Assembly: GCA_964551965.1 (NCBI GenBank)
Contig: CAZKFB010000002.1
Coordinates: 1,457 to 65,456 of the forward strand
Length of the DNA: 64,000 bases
Source: an uncultured Muribaculaceae bacterium
GTDB lineage: Bacteria; Bacillota_I; Bacilli_A; RF39; UBA660
Reading direction: 5' to 3'
Within the stretch, counting starts at the first letter, position 1, and every line of letters starts with the position of its first letter. A model generated the notes under the pieces. It saw only the letters and a list, made by a program, of their open reading frames with translations, was not told where the DNA came from and searched no databases. Position numbers and translations under genes: made by a program. Positions 35,839-45,173 of the stretch are shown piece by piece.

Positions 35839-38625
35839 ATGTTGTTTACAATGATTGGTGATTGGTTCAATAACACAATGGCATTTTTCTTCGTAAAATT
35901 ACTAGATACAATGGCATATGGATTATTAGCAACTGCTTACAATATATTTGATGCTGTCTCAAAATTAAATTTATTTGGCGGAAGTTCTGCCGGAAATGAA
36001 TTATATGAGACAATTACATCTAGATTTTATATGATTTTATCAGTACTTATGGTATTTGTTTTTGCATATCAATTGATAATGCTAATAATAGATCCTGATG
36101 GAAAGGAACAAAAAGCTTCCGGAACACTTGTAAAAGATACATTAATATCTATAGTAGCTATTATTCTCTTACCAACACTTTTTAAATATATGGCAATATT
36201 CCAAAATCATGTTATATCAAATAATACAATGGGGGCTATAATACTTGGACAAAATGGAATGTCGGAGGATCAAGATCCAGGAAAGAATATTTCTTTAATG
36301 GTATTTATGTCTTTCTATCATCCAAATAATACGACGTATTCTACCTTCTTTGATGCAAATGGAGATAGAAGAGAAGATGCTTATAATCGATGCGTAGCTG
36401 ATAGCTCGGATGATGAACATCCAGATGGTAGAACTAGTACATGTGAAAAATTTATTGATGGGTTAGACAAATGGAAAACTCAAAAAGCTGTTGGTATTGG
36501 GGACCTAACAGGAATAAAAGACTTGCGACATTGGGTTGGAGATTCAATGGAATATATGTGGATCTTATGTACAGGTGCAGGTTTAGTTACAGCTTGGTTC
36601 TTCTTTGCTTATTCAATAGCAATGGGTACTCGTGCTGTTAAATTAGGGGTGTTACAACTTATTGCTCCAATTCCTTTAGTGTTTAGAATATTTCCACAAA
36701 CAAGAAAAACATATGAAACTTGGTTTGGTGAAATAAAGAAAACTTATTTAGAAGTATTTATAAGATTAGGAGTAATATTCTTTATAGTTGCATTAATTCA
36801 ACAAGTTCCAACTTTTATAAATGTTATATTTGATTCCAATAATGGAGCGGGATCGGGATTAACAAAATGTATTGCAACAGTATGTTTGATATTGGGTATG
36901 TTACAATTTGCTAAAGATGCTCCTGATTTATTTAAAACATTATTCTCAAATGGTGGAAACTTATTTTCAGGATTGAACTTCAGCCCTAAAGTTAGAAGCC
37001 ATGTTGAAAACAATCCTTATGCAATGAAAGGTATTGGTGCTTTAGCTGGAGCTGGAAGTAGTGCTGTTGGAGCTATGGCTAAGAGATTTAGTGAAAGTTA
37101 CAAAGCTGGTGGTGGTAGTGCTACAGGAACTTCTAGTGTGCTTAAGAGTCTTGGTGCTGGATTAACAGCACTTCCAAGAGGTTTAGTTAGTGGAGGTAGA
37201 GCAGGATTCAAAAATGCTCCAACTAAGTTAACTAGGGATGAATTAAAGAATTCAGCAGCATCGGGAGTTAGAGCTGGTCATGAATCACTAGACAATCGTG
37301 CGTTTAAGGATACCCGTGAAAATATTAATAACTTCCTAAGTGATATAGGAGATAATAATGGAAGTCAAACATTCGGTGGCGCAGTTAAGAATTTTGTAAC
37401 AAACCAAAAGAAGACTGCTGTTGATTGGGCTAAAAAGAATGCCGAAGAAGATAAAGCAAAAGCACAAGAGTTCAAAGACTTTATGTTTGGTGCAACTCGT
37501 GACTATACAAAAGCAGCAACAAGTGCAGAAACTATTTCCACTTCTGCTAAAGGTGTAGAAGAATTAGCTAAAACAGCTAATGATAAGGTTAAAGCTAGAA
37601 AAACAAATGTTGAAACAAAAGTTGGTAATGGTGAAATTTATAACCATATAGATGGTAAGTCTTATGCTAGTATGTATAAAACTGTTGATGAATTAACATC
37701 CAAGTATAAAGGAAGTTATACAACTACTTTAGATGGTAATGGTAAAATTAATTCAATAACAACTGACAATGGACAAGTGTATACAGTTAATTCTGATGGA
37801 AAGATAGTATCAAGAAGCAACAATACTCAATTAGTAAATGCTAAAACTCAGGTAGAACAAGCTATTGCTTCAAATAGAACGTTTACATCGGGTAATACTA
37901 AATATGAAAATATTAATAGAGACTTTAGTGCTATTACACAAAAGATGAATGATGCATCTACTCAAGTAGTTACATCTACAGGAAGTAATGGAGAAACAAT
38001 TAAAGAATATACTACTTCAACTAATGAAAAGTATGTAGAATATACATTTGCAGATGGAACTAAACACGTTGAAACAGCAAACGGAAATGTTAAATTTACT
38101 GTTAATGCTGACAATGTTGCTACATCAAAAGAAACAAAAACAGTTGATGCAAGTGGACATGCAGTTACTGAAAAAGTTGAAAATGCACAAATACTTTTAG
38201 ATAAGATTGAAAATAAAATCAGCCAAACTGCTGTATATAATGTTGAACAAGTATACGAAGAATTAAAAGCAGAAGAACACGAAAACCTTGCAAAAGCAAT
38301 GTCAGACTTCTCGGATGCACGTGCAACTCAATCAGCGATAATGTTACAAACATTAAAAGACAACGATTCATCATTCAGTTCACAATATAGTGCTGATGCC
38401 GATAAATTTAAAAATGACTTTAATGAAACTATTGAAGAATTCTTAAAGCATATGAGTGATAAAAATGTTACTTCGATTACCGCTGAAGAGGCAAAGAAAT
38501 TTAAGAAAATTAAAGATATCATGGGTGATGAAGTTAAACGTTCTAAAACTAATGCCGAAGCTGAGAAGAAAGCAAAAGAAGCTAGAGAAGCTGCAAAACC
38601 TAAGAAAGATGAGAGTAAGAAATAA
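35839..38625 (+). CDS. VirB6/PrgH/ConG-like polytopic T4SS channel protein with a 560-aa soluble C-terminal region
   Basis: The ATG at 35839 follows GGGAG. About 7 TM segments in the first 370 aa. First position in the operon, as in pCF10/ICEBs1-type systems. The C-terminal region is Gly/Ala-rich and then K/E coiled-coil. Confidence 0.6.
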   Translation: MLFTMIGDWFNNTMAFFFVKLLDTMAYGLLATAYNIFDAVSKLNLFGGSSAGNELYETITSRFYMILSVLMVFVFAYQLIMLIIDPDGKEQKASGTLVKDTLISIVAIILLPTLFKYMAIFQNHVISNNTMGAIILGQNGMSEDQDPGKNISLMVFMSFYHPNNTTYSTFFDANGDRREDAYNRCVADSSDDEHPDGRTSTCEKFIDGLDKWKTQKAVGIGDLTGIKDLRHWVGDSMEYMWILCTGAGLVTAWFFFAYSIAMGTRAVKLGVLQLIAPIPLVFRIFPQTRKTYETWFGEIKKTYLEVFIRLGVIFFIVALIQQVPTFINVIFDSNNGAGSGLTKCIATVCLILGMLQFAKDAPDLFKTLFSNGGNLFSGLNFSPKVRSHVENNPYAMKGIGALAGAGSSAVGAMAKRFSESYKAGGGSATGTSSVLKSLGAGLTALPRGLVSGGRAGFKNAPTKLTRDELKNSAASGVRAGHESLDNRAFKDTRENINNFLSDIGDNNGSQTFGGAVKNFVTNQKKTAVDWAKKNAEEDKAKAQEFKDFMFGATRDYTKAATSAETISTSAKGVEELAKTANDKVKARKTNVETKVGNGEIYNHIDGKSYASMYKTVDELTSKYKGSYTTTLDGNGKINSITTDNGQVYTVNSDGKIVSRSNNTQLVNAKTQVEQAIASNRTFTSGNTKYENINRDFSAITQKMNDASTQVVTSTGSNGETIKEYTTSTNEKYVEYTFADGTKHVETANGNVKFTVNADNVATSKETKTVDASGHAVTEKVENAQILLDKIENKISQTAVYNVEQVYEELKAEEHENLAKAMSDFSDARATQSAIMLQTLKDNDSSFSSQYSADADKFKNDFNETIEEFLKHMSDKNVTSITAEEAKKFKKIKDIMGDEVKRSKTNAEAEKKAKEAREAAKPKKDESKK

Positions 38626-39086
38626 TGAGTACTAATATTATTTCTAAAATTGTAGGGGATATTAAATCAGAACAAGAAAATAATACTCTTGAATACATAA
38701 ATGATTTAATATCTCTATACAAACGATTAATGAACAGTGTTGAAAAATCTTTATCGACATTAGATGCATATTATGTAAGAATTTCTAACCTAAGATCCGT
38801 AGCAATGGTTGAAGGAAAACTTGCGGAAATGTCTGATAAAGATTTCAATGAAATGTTTCGTAAAAGTAAAATAAAAGTATTAGAAAATAAAATGAATAAA
38901 GAACCAGAAATCCAAGAATACGCCGATTATATCAATTCAACAATAAAGAATGATAAGTTAGCTATTTCGCTTGGATTAAGATTCGATGAAGATAAAGCAA
39001 CTGCTGAAAATGCAATGAATAACTATATCGTTTTGAAAAAGTGTAGAAGACAATTAATAGAATCACATAATACACGTAATAGATAA
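38625..39086 (+). CDS. Small cytoplasmic coiled-coil protein, T4SS-associated, unknown function
   Basis: 1-nt overlap (TAATG) with the upstream gene. No TM segment and no recognised motif. Confidence 0.55.
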   Translation: MSTNIISKIVGDIKSEQENNTLEYINDLISLYKRLMNSVEKSLSTLDAYYVRISNLRSVAMVEGKLAEMSDKDFNEMFRKSKIKVLENKMNKEPEIQEYADYINSTIKNDKLAISLGLRFDEDKATAENAMNNYIVLKKCRRQLIESHNTRNR

Positions 39087-39105
39087 TAAAAAGGGAGGAA
39101 AGCTT

Positions 39106-39426
39106 ATGAATCAGTATTTGATACCAGCAAACTCTAAGAGGTCAATGTTAATTTTAGGGCTATTTACACCAATTGATTTAATCATAGTAGGAGTAGGTGG
39201 AGGAATAACAGCAATGCTGATGTTTATAATGTCGGCTAGTACATTAAAAGATGTAATAACGATATTAACTCCTTTACTAATAAGTGTAGTAATGGTATTA
39301 CCAGTACCAAATCATAGAAATATATGGCAATTGACAGCCAATATATATAATTATTTTAGTAAGAGAAGAACTTACTATTGGAGAGGTTGGTGTTTTACAA
39401 ATGGCGAAGAAAACGAAGAAAAGTAA
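39106..39426 (+). CDS. PrgI/TcpE/VirB3-like small T4SS membrane protein
   Basis: 106 aa with two TM segments. N-terminal segment YLIPANSKRSMLILGLFTPIDLIIV is typical of PrgI-family proteins. Lies immediately upstream of VirB4. Confidence 0.65.
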   Translation: MNQYLIPANSKRSMLILGLFTPIDLIIVGVGGGITAMLMFIMSASTLKDVITILTPLLISVVMVLPVPNHRNIWQLTANIYNYFSKRRTYYWRGWCFTNGEENEEK

Positions 39427-40009
39427 TGAACCTACAAGTAAATATACGGAAGATTGGTTACCAATTAAAAAAATTCAAGGTGGTATGATCTATGTGCCTG
39501 GATCTAATCCTTTAGAGGGAGAAAAAATAATAACAGGTATTAGAGTAGAACCAAAGAATATATTCATTTCTGATCAAGAAACTCAAGATCGTACAATTAT
39601 GGGACTTAGAAATTTCTATAATACAATTGACTTTGAATTCTGGTTAATTTGTTGTGATAGACCGGTAGATATTAACTTATATAAATCAGAACTAGAAATA
39701 ATGTATAATGAAGCGCAAAATCAACAAATACGTAAATTAATAGTTCAAGATATTAATAAGTGTGATAAGTTTATTGGCCCTGAAATTAATGCTGTTGATA
39801 CAGAATATTATATTTTATTTAAAGAAAATGCTAAAAATACGGATTTAATTCAAAAACGAGTTCATAATATGATTTCCGGATTAGCTGCGGCTGGATTAAA
39901 TTCAAGACAAATGTCTGATGATGACATTAGAGTTTTATTAGATAGTTTCTTTAATGATTCAAAAAGAGTAGAGTTTGGGACGGTGATGACTGATGTCGAA
40001 GGCAACTGA
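39401..40009 (+). CDS. VirB4-family N-terminal segment encoded as a separate ORF
   Basis: The motif DWLPIKKIQGGMIY...GIRVEPKNIFISDQETQ...FYNTIDFEFWLICCDRPVDI matches the first 200 aa or so of intact Gram-positive VirB4/TraE proteins. Confidence 0.6.
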   Translation: MAKKTKKSNEPTSKYTEDWLPIKKIQGGMIYVPGSNPLEGEKIITGIRVEPKNIFISDQETQDRTIMGLRNFYNTIDFEFWLICCDRPVDINLYKSELEIMYNEAQNQQIRKLIVQDINKCDKFIGPEINAVDTEYYILFKENAKNTDLIQKRVHNMISGLAAAGLNSRQMSDDDIRVLLDSFFNDSKRVEFGTVMTDVEGN

Positions 40010-41786
40010 AAAATCTGAAATTGCACCAAAAGGGTTGAACTTTAAAATTAATGAATTCATGATTAGTGATAAATTTGCTACGATACTTACTGTTTTAGAG
40101 TATCCAAAAGCTATTGGCCCTGGATTCTTAAGTAATATTACTAGTATTGCTGGTGTTAAAGTAGTTATTAAACATATTCCAATTGATTTTGGAACAATGC
40201 AAAAAGCAATAAATAAAGAAATTGCGGAATTAAAAGATGCATTTCAAAAAGAAAATGACCATACATTGAAAGAAAGAATTAGACTTGATTATGAATCAAT
40301 GGAAAATTTCGTTCAAATGCTTGCTGCAACTCAATCAAAGATATTTGATTTTCAAATGCATATTATGGTTCTTGCGGATACTAAAGATGAATTAGATGCT
40401 AAGAAATTCCAAGTTAAGAACTTCTTGACTGCTCTAAATATGAGAGCAATACCAATGATGTTTGAACTTGAAAAAGTACTTAAGAGTATGTTACCAGTAT
40501 TCCCAAAGCAGGATGTTGAAGCACGTATTGGTATTCCAATTCCAGCACCAACAGTTGCTGCCATGTATCCTTTCGTATTTGATAGTATTAAAGATCCAGG
40601 ATTATCAACATTGTTTGGAATAGATGCTTCGGGTGGTGTTGTATTATTTAACCAATTCTTATATCAAGTAAGAAAAGAAACTAATAGAAATAATGCCAAT
40701 ATGATTATTCTTGGTACTTCAGGTTCAGGTAAATCAACAGCAGCTAAATTACAACTTCGTAATCATATTAGAAATGGTTATCAAATTGTTTGTATCGATC
40801 CTGAAGGTGAATATGAACATTTAGCTAATCAATATGGTGGTTCATTCATTGATCTTGGAAAAGGTGGATCTTATGGAATGGTTAACCCACTAGAAGTTAT
40901 TGTTGATACTGATGATGAAGAACTGGCTCAAGGATTAGGGTATACAGTTTTAACTAGATCATTACAATCTATTAAAGCATTTATGAAATATTATAGTCCA
41001 GACATCGAAGAGGATGTATTAGCAATGTTCTCTGAGATTGTTCAAGAGACATACAAGAGATTTGGAATTGACTTCAATACAGACTTTGCTCATTTCCAAG
41101 CTGAAAATTATCCTACATTCGATGATGTATATACAACTATTAAAGGTAAACTTTTAGCAATGCCGGAAGCTACTCGTGAAAGAGATGTTATGGAACGTCT
41201 TGAATTAAAGGTTAGACCATTTGTTAATGAATTAAGATATTACTTTAATGGACATACAACAATCGAAAATAATTCCGATTTCATTGTATTTAATATAAAA
41301 GATGTTATGAACAGTGAAGAGAGTATTAGAAATGCTTTATTCTTCAACATCTTAAAGTATGCTTGGGGTTTATGTCTTGATAAATCAAAGAATACAGTTA
41401 TGATGGTTGATGAAGCTCACATTCTATTGTCTGGTGGAAATGAATTAGGTGCTGAATACTTAGCACAAATGCAAAGACGTGCTCGTAAGTACAATACAGG
41501 TACAATCATAATTACACAACAACCAACAGACTTTGCTGCTGAAAATGTTATCATGCATGGTAAAGCAATATTTGATAATGCAGCTTATTATCTTGTTATG
41601 GGATTAAAGAAACAAGCTGTTGAAGATTTAGCTAAACTAATAGATTTAAATGAAAATGAAAAAGAGAGCATTAAGACTTACGTTCAAGGAGAAGCTTTAT
41701 TTGTATGTGGTTCTCGAAGAATGAGAATTAATGTTGTAATAACTCAAGATGAATTAGATTCATTTGGATCTGGTGGTGGACTATAG
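39993..41786 (+). CDS. VirB4/TraE/PrgJ-family T4SS ATPase (lacks the first N-terminal segment)
   Basis: IAPKGLNFKINEFMISDKFATILTVLEYP motif. Walker A LGTSGSGKST and Walker B VMMVDEAH. TIIITQQPTDF. In the +1 frame relative to the previous ORF, with a 17-nt overlap. Confidence 0.85.
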   Translation: MSKATEKSEIAPKGLNFKINEFMISDKFATILTVLEYPKAIGPGFLSNITSIAGVKVVIKHIPIDFGTMQKAINKEIAELKDAFQKENDHTLKERIRLDYESMENFVQMLAATQSKIFDFQMHIMVLADTKDELDAKKFQVKNFLTALNMRAIPMMFELEKVLKSMLPVFPKQDVEARIGIPIPAPTVAAMYPFVFDSIKDPGLSTLFGIDASGGVVLFNQFLYQVRKETNRNNANMIILGTSGSGKSTAAKLQLRNHIRNGYQIVCIDPEGEYEHLANQYGGSFIDLGKGGSYGMVNPLEVIVDTDDEELAQGLGYTVLTRSLQSIKAFMKYYSPDIEEDVLAMFSEIVQETYKRFGIDFNTDFAHFQAENYPTFDDVYTTIKGKLLAMPEATRERDVMERLELKVRPFVNELRYYFNGHTTIENNSDFIVFNIKDVMNSEESIRNALFFNILKYAWGLCLDKSKNTVMMVDEAHILLSGGNELGAEYLAQMQRRARKYNTGTIIITQQPTDFAAENVIMHGKAIFDNAAYYLVMGLKKQAVEDLAKLIDLNENEKESIKTYVQGEALFVCGSRRMRINVVITQDELDSFGSGGGL

Positions 41787-41805
41787 TATTTAGGTGGGTG
41801 TTACA

Positions 41806-44118
41806 ATGAATTTTAAAAATCAAAATAAGAATAGCAACAAAAAAGGTAATTTAATTACCCTTTTTGTCGTTATGGTATTTAGTATAATAATTGGTATAGA
41901 CAATGTATTTGCTGCAAACTTTAAATATAGTGAGTTCAATTGGGATCAATTCTATGAATCAAAGAAGAGTTTCTGGGAAGATGCTTGTAAAGATGAAAAT
42001 GGTGAAGTAGATGGCAAATGCAGTTATGAAGTATTAAAAGCCCAAAAGAAATTCTATACTAAATTTTATAAGATGTTAGCAAAATATGAGAGAAAAGGTC
42101 TATTTATTAATGATGATATTATACTAGAGACTGTTTTCTATGAAATGAATCCTAGTCAATTTGCCGATAATGGAAAAGAATATATGGAAAACTATTATGA
42201 ATCAGGAAGTGATTTATCAGATAAAAAAGGTCTTTATATCATTGATGAAGCTGATTTAGAAGATCCAGATATTGAAGATGACTATAGCAATGAGAGTGCA
42301 GCAACTTATTTCCAAAAAGAAAATGATACTCTTAAGACCTTAGTTAAAAATATGATATCTAATTCTACAAGTTGTTATGGTGTTTATGGCAATCCAACAG
42401 TTCATACGGCATCAGATGGTTCTACTTATGAATCATGTGATAATGGTGGAGTTATAACTTATGTTAAAGGAAGAGGGAAAAAATGTGCCGATACTTTACA
42501 AAGTAAAAATGAATTAGGTTTCTGGCAATATTATGTAAGTAAATGGGCTTATGATGAAACATTACCACTTTTACTTCGTGTTTCTTTCTTACTAAGAAGT
42601 CCGGAAGATAAATATCATACTGCATGTAAGGAAATTACTGGTTATCCGGAAGAAACAGCGTATGTATATAATGATAAACCGGAAGTAAGTACAAATCGTT
42701 ATTTTGATTTTTTAAGCTATTCAACTTATTTTGATGGTAAAATTCATTTACAGGAGCATTTTAAAGATAATATATTAGATCCTGCAGGAGTTGATTGTTT
42801 AACATCGACAGTATGTGAAAATTCTCTTGAAGCAAAAGGAGAATATGACATATATGAAGGAGAATTAATTAATTCAAGAAGACAAATAATAGATGATATT
42901 ATTGGTATATTAAATAATTATGGATATGATATTACTTATGATCCATTAGAAGCAAATTCTTATAATGCTGCGGAAGCTCAAGAAGCTGTTCGTAAAACTT
43001 TCTATTGGCCAATTGGTAGTGATGAAACAGAAGAGAGAAATGGTGTTATCTATGCTGATGGAGAACCAGCTAGTAAAACAGTTGAAAGTTATTATGGAAA
43101 GAGAAAAAATGCTATTACAGGAAAAGAGGAATTCCATTATGGTATAGATATTACTGGTGTTGATGGGGTTACTAATGTCGTTGCTGTATATCGTGGAGAA
43201 GTAATTGCTGTAGTTAATAGTTGTTCCGTTGGTGATACAGCTTGTAATGAAGGTTATGGAAATATGATTATTCTATCACATTCAAATGGAGATTATACGG
43301 TATATGCTCATTTAGCTAGTGTTGATCCATCAGTTACAATGGGTGTAAGTGTTGATAAAGGTCAATTAATTGGAAAAGTAGGAAGTACGGGAGCAACAAA
43401 TACTGCTAATTTACATTTCGAATTACGTAAAGGTGGAAATTCAGTAACTTATGCTGTTGATCCTTTAGGCGAATTTAATCCAGAAAATCCACGTCCTGAA
43501 GTAGCTGCCGGAGATTTCTCAGTTCATGAGACATCTTTAACTAAAGAAGAATTTGTTTCAAGATTGAGAAACTATTGTAATATTTCTAGATGTTCAAATG
43601 CTTTCTATAATGTATTTGTTATGAATGCTGAAAGTGTTTATGATACTTCTATTAATAATAATGTTAATCCGGAATTAGTCGTTGTTCGTGGAGCTAAAGA
43701 AGGAATGAGTCCTGGCGGAAATACTCATAACTATTGGGGTATTGGATGTTATAATGGAGCTGGTGTTTCAGCTTGTCATATCTATGGTGATTTAGGAGCC
43801 GGAATTGGGGGCTTTGCAAATGCCGTTAAAGGTTATAATACAGTTTCGGAAATGATGAGTAAATATGCTTTTATTGGACACTATTGGTATAATCCAGGAA
43901 GTTGGAGTAATGGTGGATGTAAGTATTATCCATATATTCAACAATATATGAGTCCTGAACGTTCAAGTTACGTTGGAGGAGTATGTAATAGTGGAAGAAG
44001 TTGTTCTACATCAGGCGGAGAATATTGTGTTAAAACTAATGATGAAGATCAAAAGGCATATTCTATGTATAATATAAAAGGTATGGTTGATATGAGGTTT
44101 GTTGCATTCGGAGTATAG
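41806..44118 (+). CDS. T4SS cell-wall hydrolase: TM anchor, M23 (LytM) peptidase and a C-terminal putative glycosidase-like domain
   Basis: M23 motifs HYGIDIT...GYGNMIILSH...YAHL...GSTGATNTANLHFELR. The C-terminal 200 aa (NPELVVVRGAKEGMSPGG...NYWGIGCY) are loosely GH73/lysozyme-like. Confidence 0.75.
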   Translation: MNFKNQNKNSNKKGNLITLFVVMVFSIIIGIDNVFAANFKYSEFNWDQFYESKKSFWEDACKDENGEVDGKCSYEVLKAQKKFYTKFYKMLAKYERKGLFINDDIILETVFYEMNPSQFADNGKEYMENYYESGSDLSDKKGLYIIDEADLEDPDIEDDYSNESAATYFQKENDTLKTLVKNMISNSTSCYGVYGNPTVHTASDGSTYESCDNGGVITYVKGRGKKCADTLQSKNELGFWQYYVSKWAYDETLPLLLRVSFLLRSPEDKYHTACKEITGYPEETAYVYNDKPEVSTNRYFDFLSYSTYFDGKIHLQEHFKDNILDPAGVDCLTSTVCENSLEAKGEYDIYEGELINSRRQIIDDIIGILNNYGYDITYDPLEANSYNAAEAQEAVRKTFYWPIGSDETEERNGVIYADGEPASKTVESYYGKRKNAITGKEEFHYGIDITGVDGVTNVVAVYRGEVIAVVNSCSVGDTACNEGYGNMIILSHSNGDYTVYAHLASVDPSVTMGVSVDKGQLIGKVGSTGATNTANLHFELRKGGNSVTYAVDPLGEFNPENPRPEVAAGDFSVHETSLTKEEFVSRLRNYCNISRCSNAFYNVFVMNAESVYDTSINNNVNPELVVVRGAKEGMSPGGNTHNYWGIGCYNGAGVSACHIYGDLGAGIGGFANAVKGYNTVSEMMSKYAFIGHYWYNPGSWSNGGCKYYPYIQQYMSPERSSYVGGVCNSGRSCSTSGGEYCVKTNDEDQKAYSMYNIKGMVDMRFVAFGV

Positions 44119-44126
44119 GTGATATT

Positions 44127-44648
44127 ATGAAAATAAGTGAAACAGAGAGAAAAGTATTAATTGTATGGTTAATTATTGGTGTATTAATATTCATAGCAAT
44201 AGTTTTAATTAATGTAAAACCCAAAACTAATGAATCGAAAAAACCTAATACTCAACCGGGGGAAAACCATGTAAGTGATCGTGTTCGTTACTATACCGTA
44301 AAAAATGCAATTAATAAGTATTATTCATATAAGAATGCATCAGATTATGATTCTGTACTTAAGATACTAGATGCTTCTTATGTTGAAGAAAATCATATTG
44401 ATGAAGATACTATTACCACATTTATAGGAGAATCTGATAGTCTTTTAACTTTTGATACTGGAGTTATGTGTTTAAAGAGTTATAATTCAGGTGTGTATGT
44501 TTATGTTGTTGAAGGTTATGAAGAAACAATGACTACCGGTGAGACAAAAAATAAAATGTATTATCAAGTTACTTTAGATGGCAATACTTCATTATTTAGT
44601 TTACTTCCAATAAGTGAGAGTATTTATGGAGGTGTTTGCAATGAATAG
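44127..44648 (+). CDS. VirB8/PrgL/TcpC-like (TM plus NTF2-like) T4SS protein
   Basis: N-terminal TM segment followed by a domain of about 120 aa with NTF2-like alternation. Position after the hydrolase, as in pCF10. Confidence 0.45.
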   Translation: MKISETERKVLIVWLIIGVLIFIAIVLINVKPKTNESKKPNTQPGENHVSDRVRYYTVKNAINKYYSYKNASDYDSVLKILDASYVEENHIDEDTITTFIGESDSLLTFDTGVMCLKSYNSGVYVYVVEGYEETMTTGETKNKMYYQVTLDGNTSLFSLLPISESIYGGVCNE

Positions 44649-45144
44649 TTTTATCTCATCATTAAAAGAAAATAAAAAGTTAGTAATAATTACATTGGTA
44701 GTTATTGCAATAGTTATTGGTGTTGCTATTTATAATAGTTTAAAACCAGAACCACAACACAATCCAGAAATAAATGAATATAACGAAGTACATTATATAA
44801 AGAAAAATTATCAAGTAAATGAATATAGTGTAGTTAATATTTCTGAATTAGATTTATTAAATGCATATTTAAAGAAATATATTAATTTATCAATTAATAA
44901 ACCGGAAGAGGCATTTAATATGCTTTCTAAGGAATCTAAAGAATCATTCCATAATAGTGTGGATGAATATAAAGAATATGTAAATAGTATTACTTCTATT
45001 TATTCAAAAGATAATGAAGTAGTAAAATATCGTAAAGGAGAAGGAAGAAACAACACAGATATTGTTGATTCTGAAAGTAATAAATATACTATTAAAGAAC
45101 ATTCAACTTGGGATATAGAAATTACATTGAATGGAAAAGAGTAA
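44641..45144 (+). CDS. Second VirB8-like (TM plus NTF2-like) T4SS protein
   Basis: The ATG at 44641 follows GGAGGTG (8-nt overlap). Same architecture as the previous gene. Confidence 0.45.
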   Translation: MNSFISSLKENKKLVIITLVVIAIVIGVAIYNSLKPEPQHNPEINEYNEVHYIKKNYQVNEYSVVNISELDLLNAYLKKYINLSINKPEEAFNMLSKESKESFHNSVDEYKEYVNSITSIYSKDNEVVKYRKGEGRNNTDIVDSESNKYTIKEHSTWDIEITLNGKE

Positions 45145-45173
45145 AATAAAATTTTAGGGAAGAAGGTGATTTT

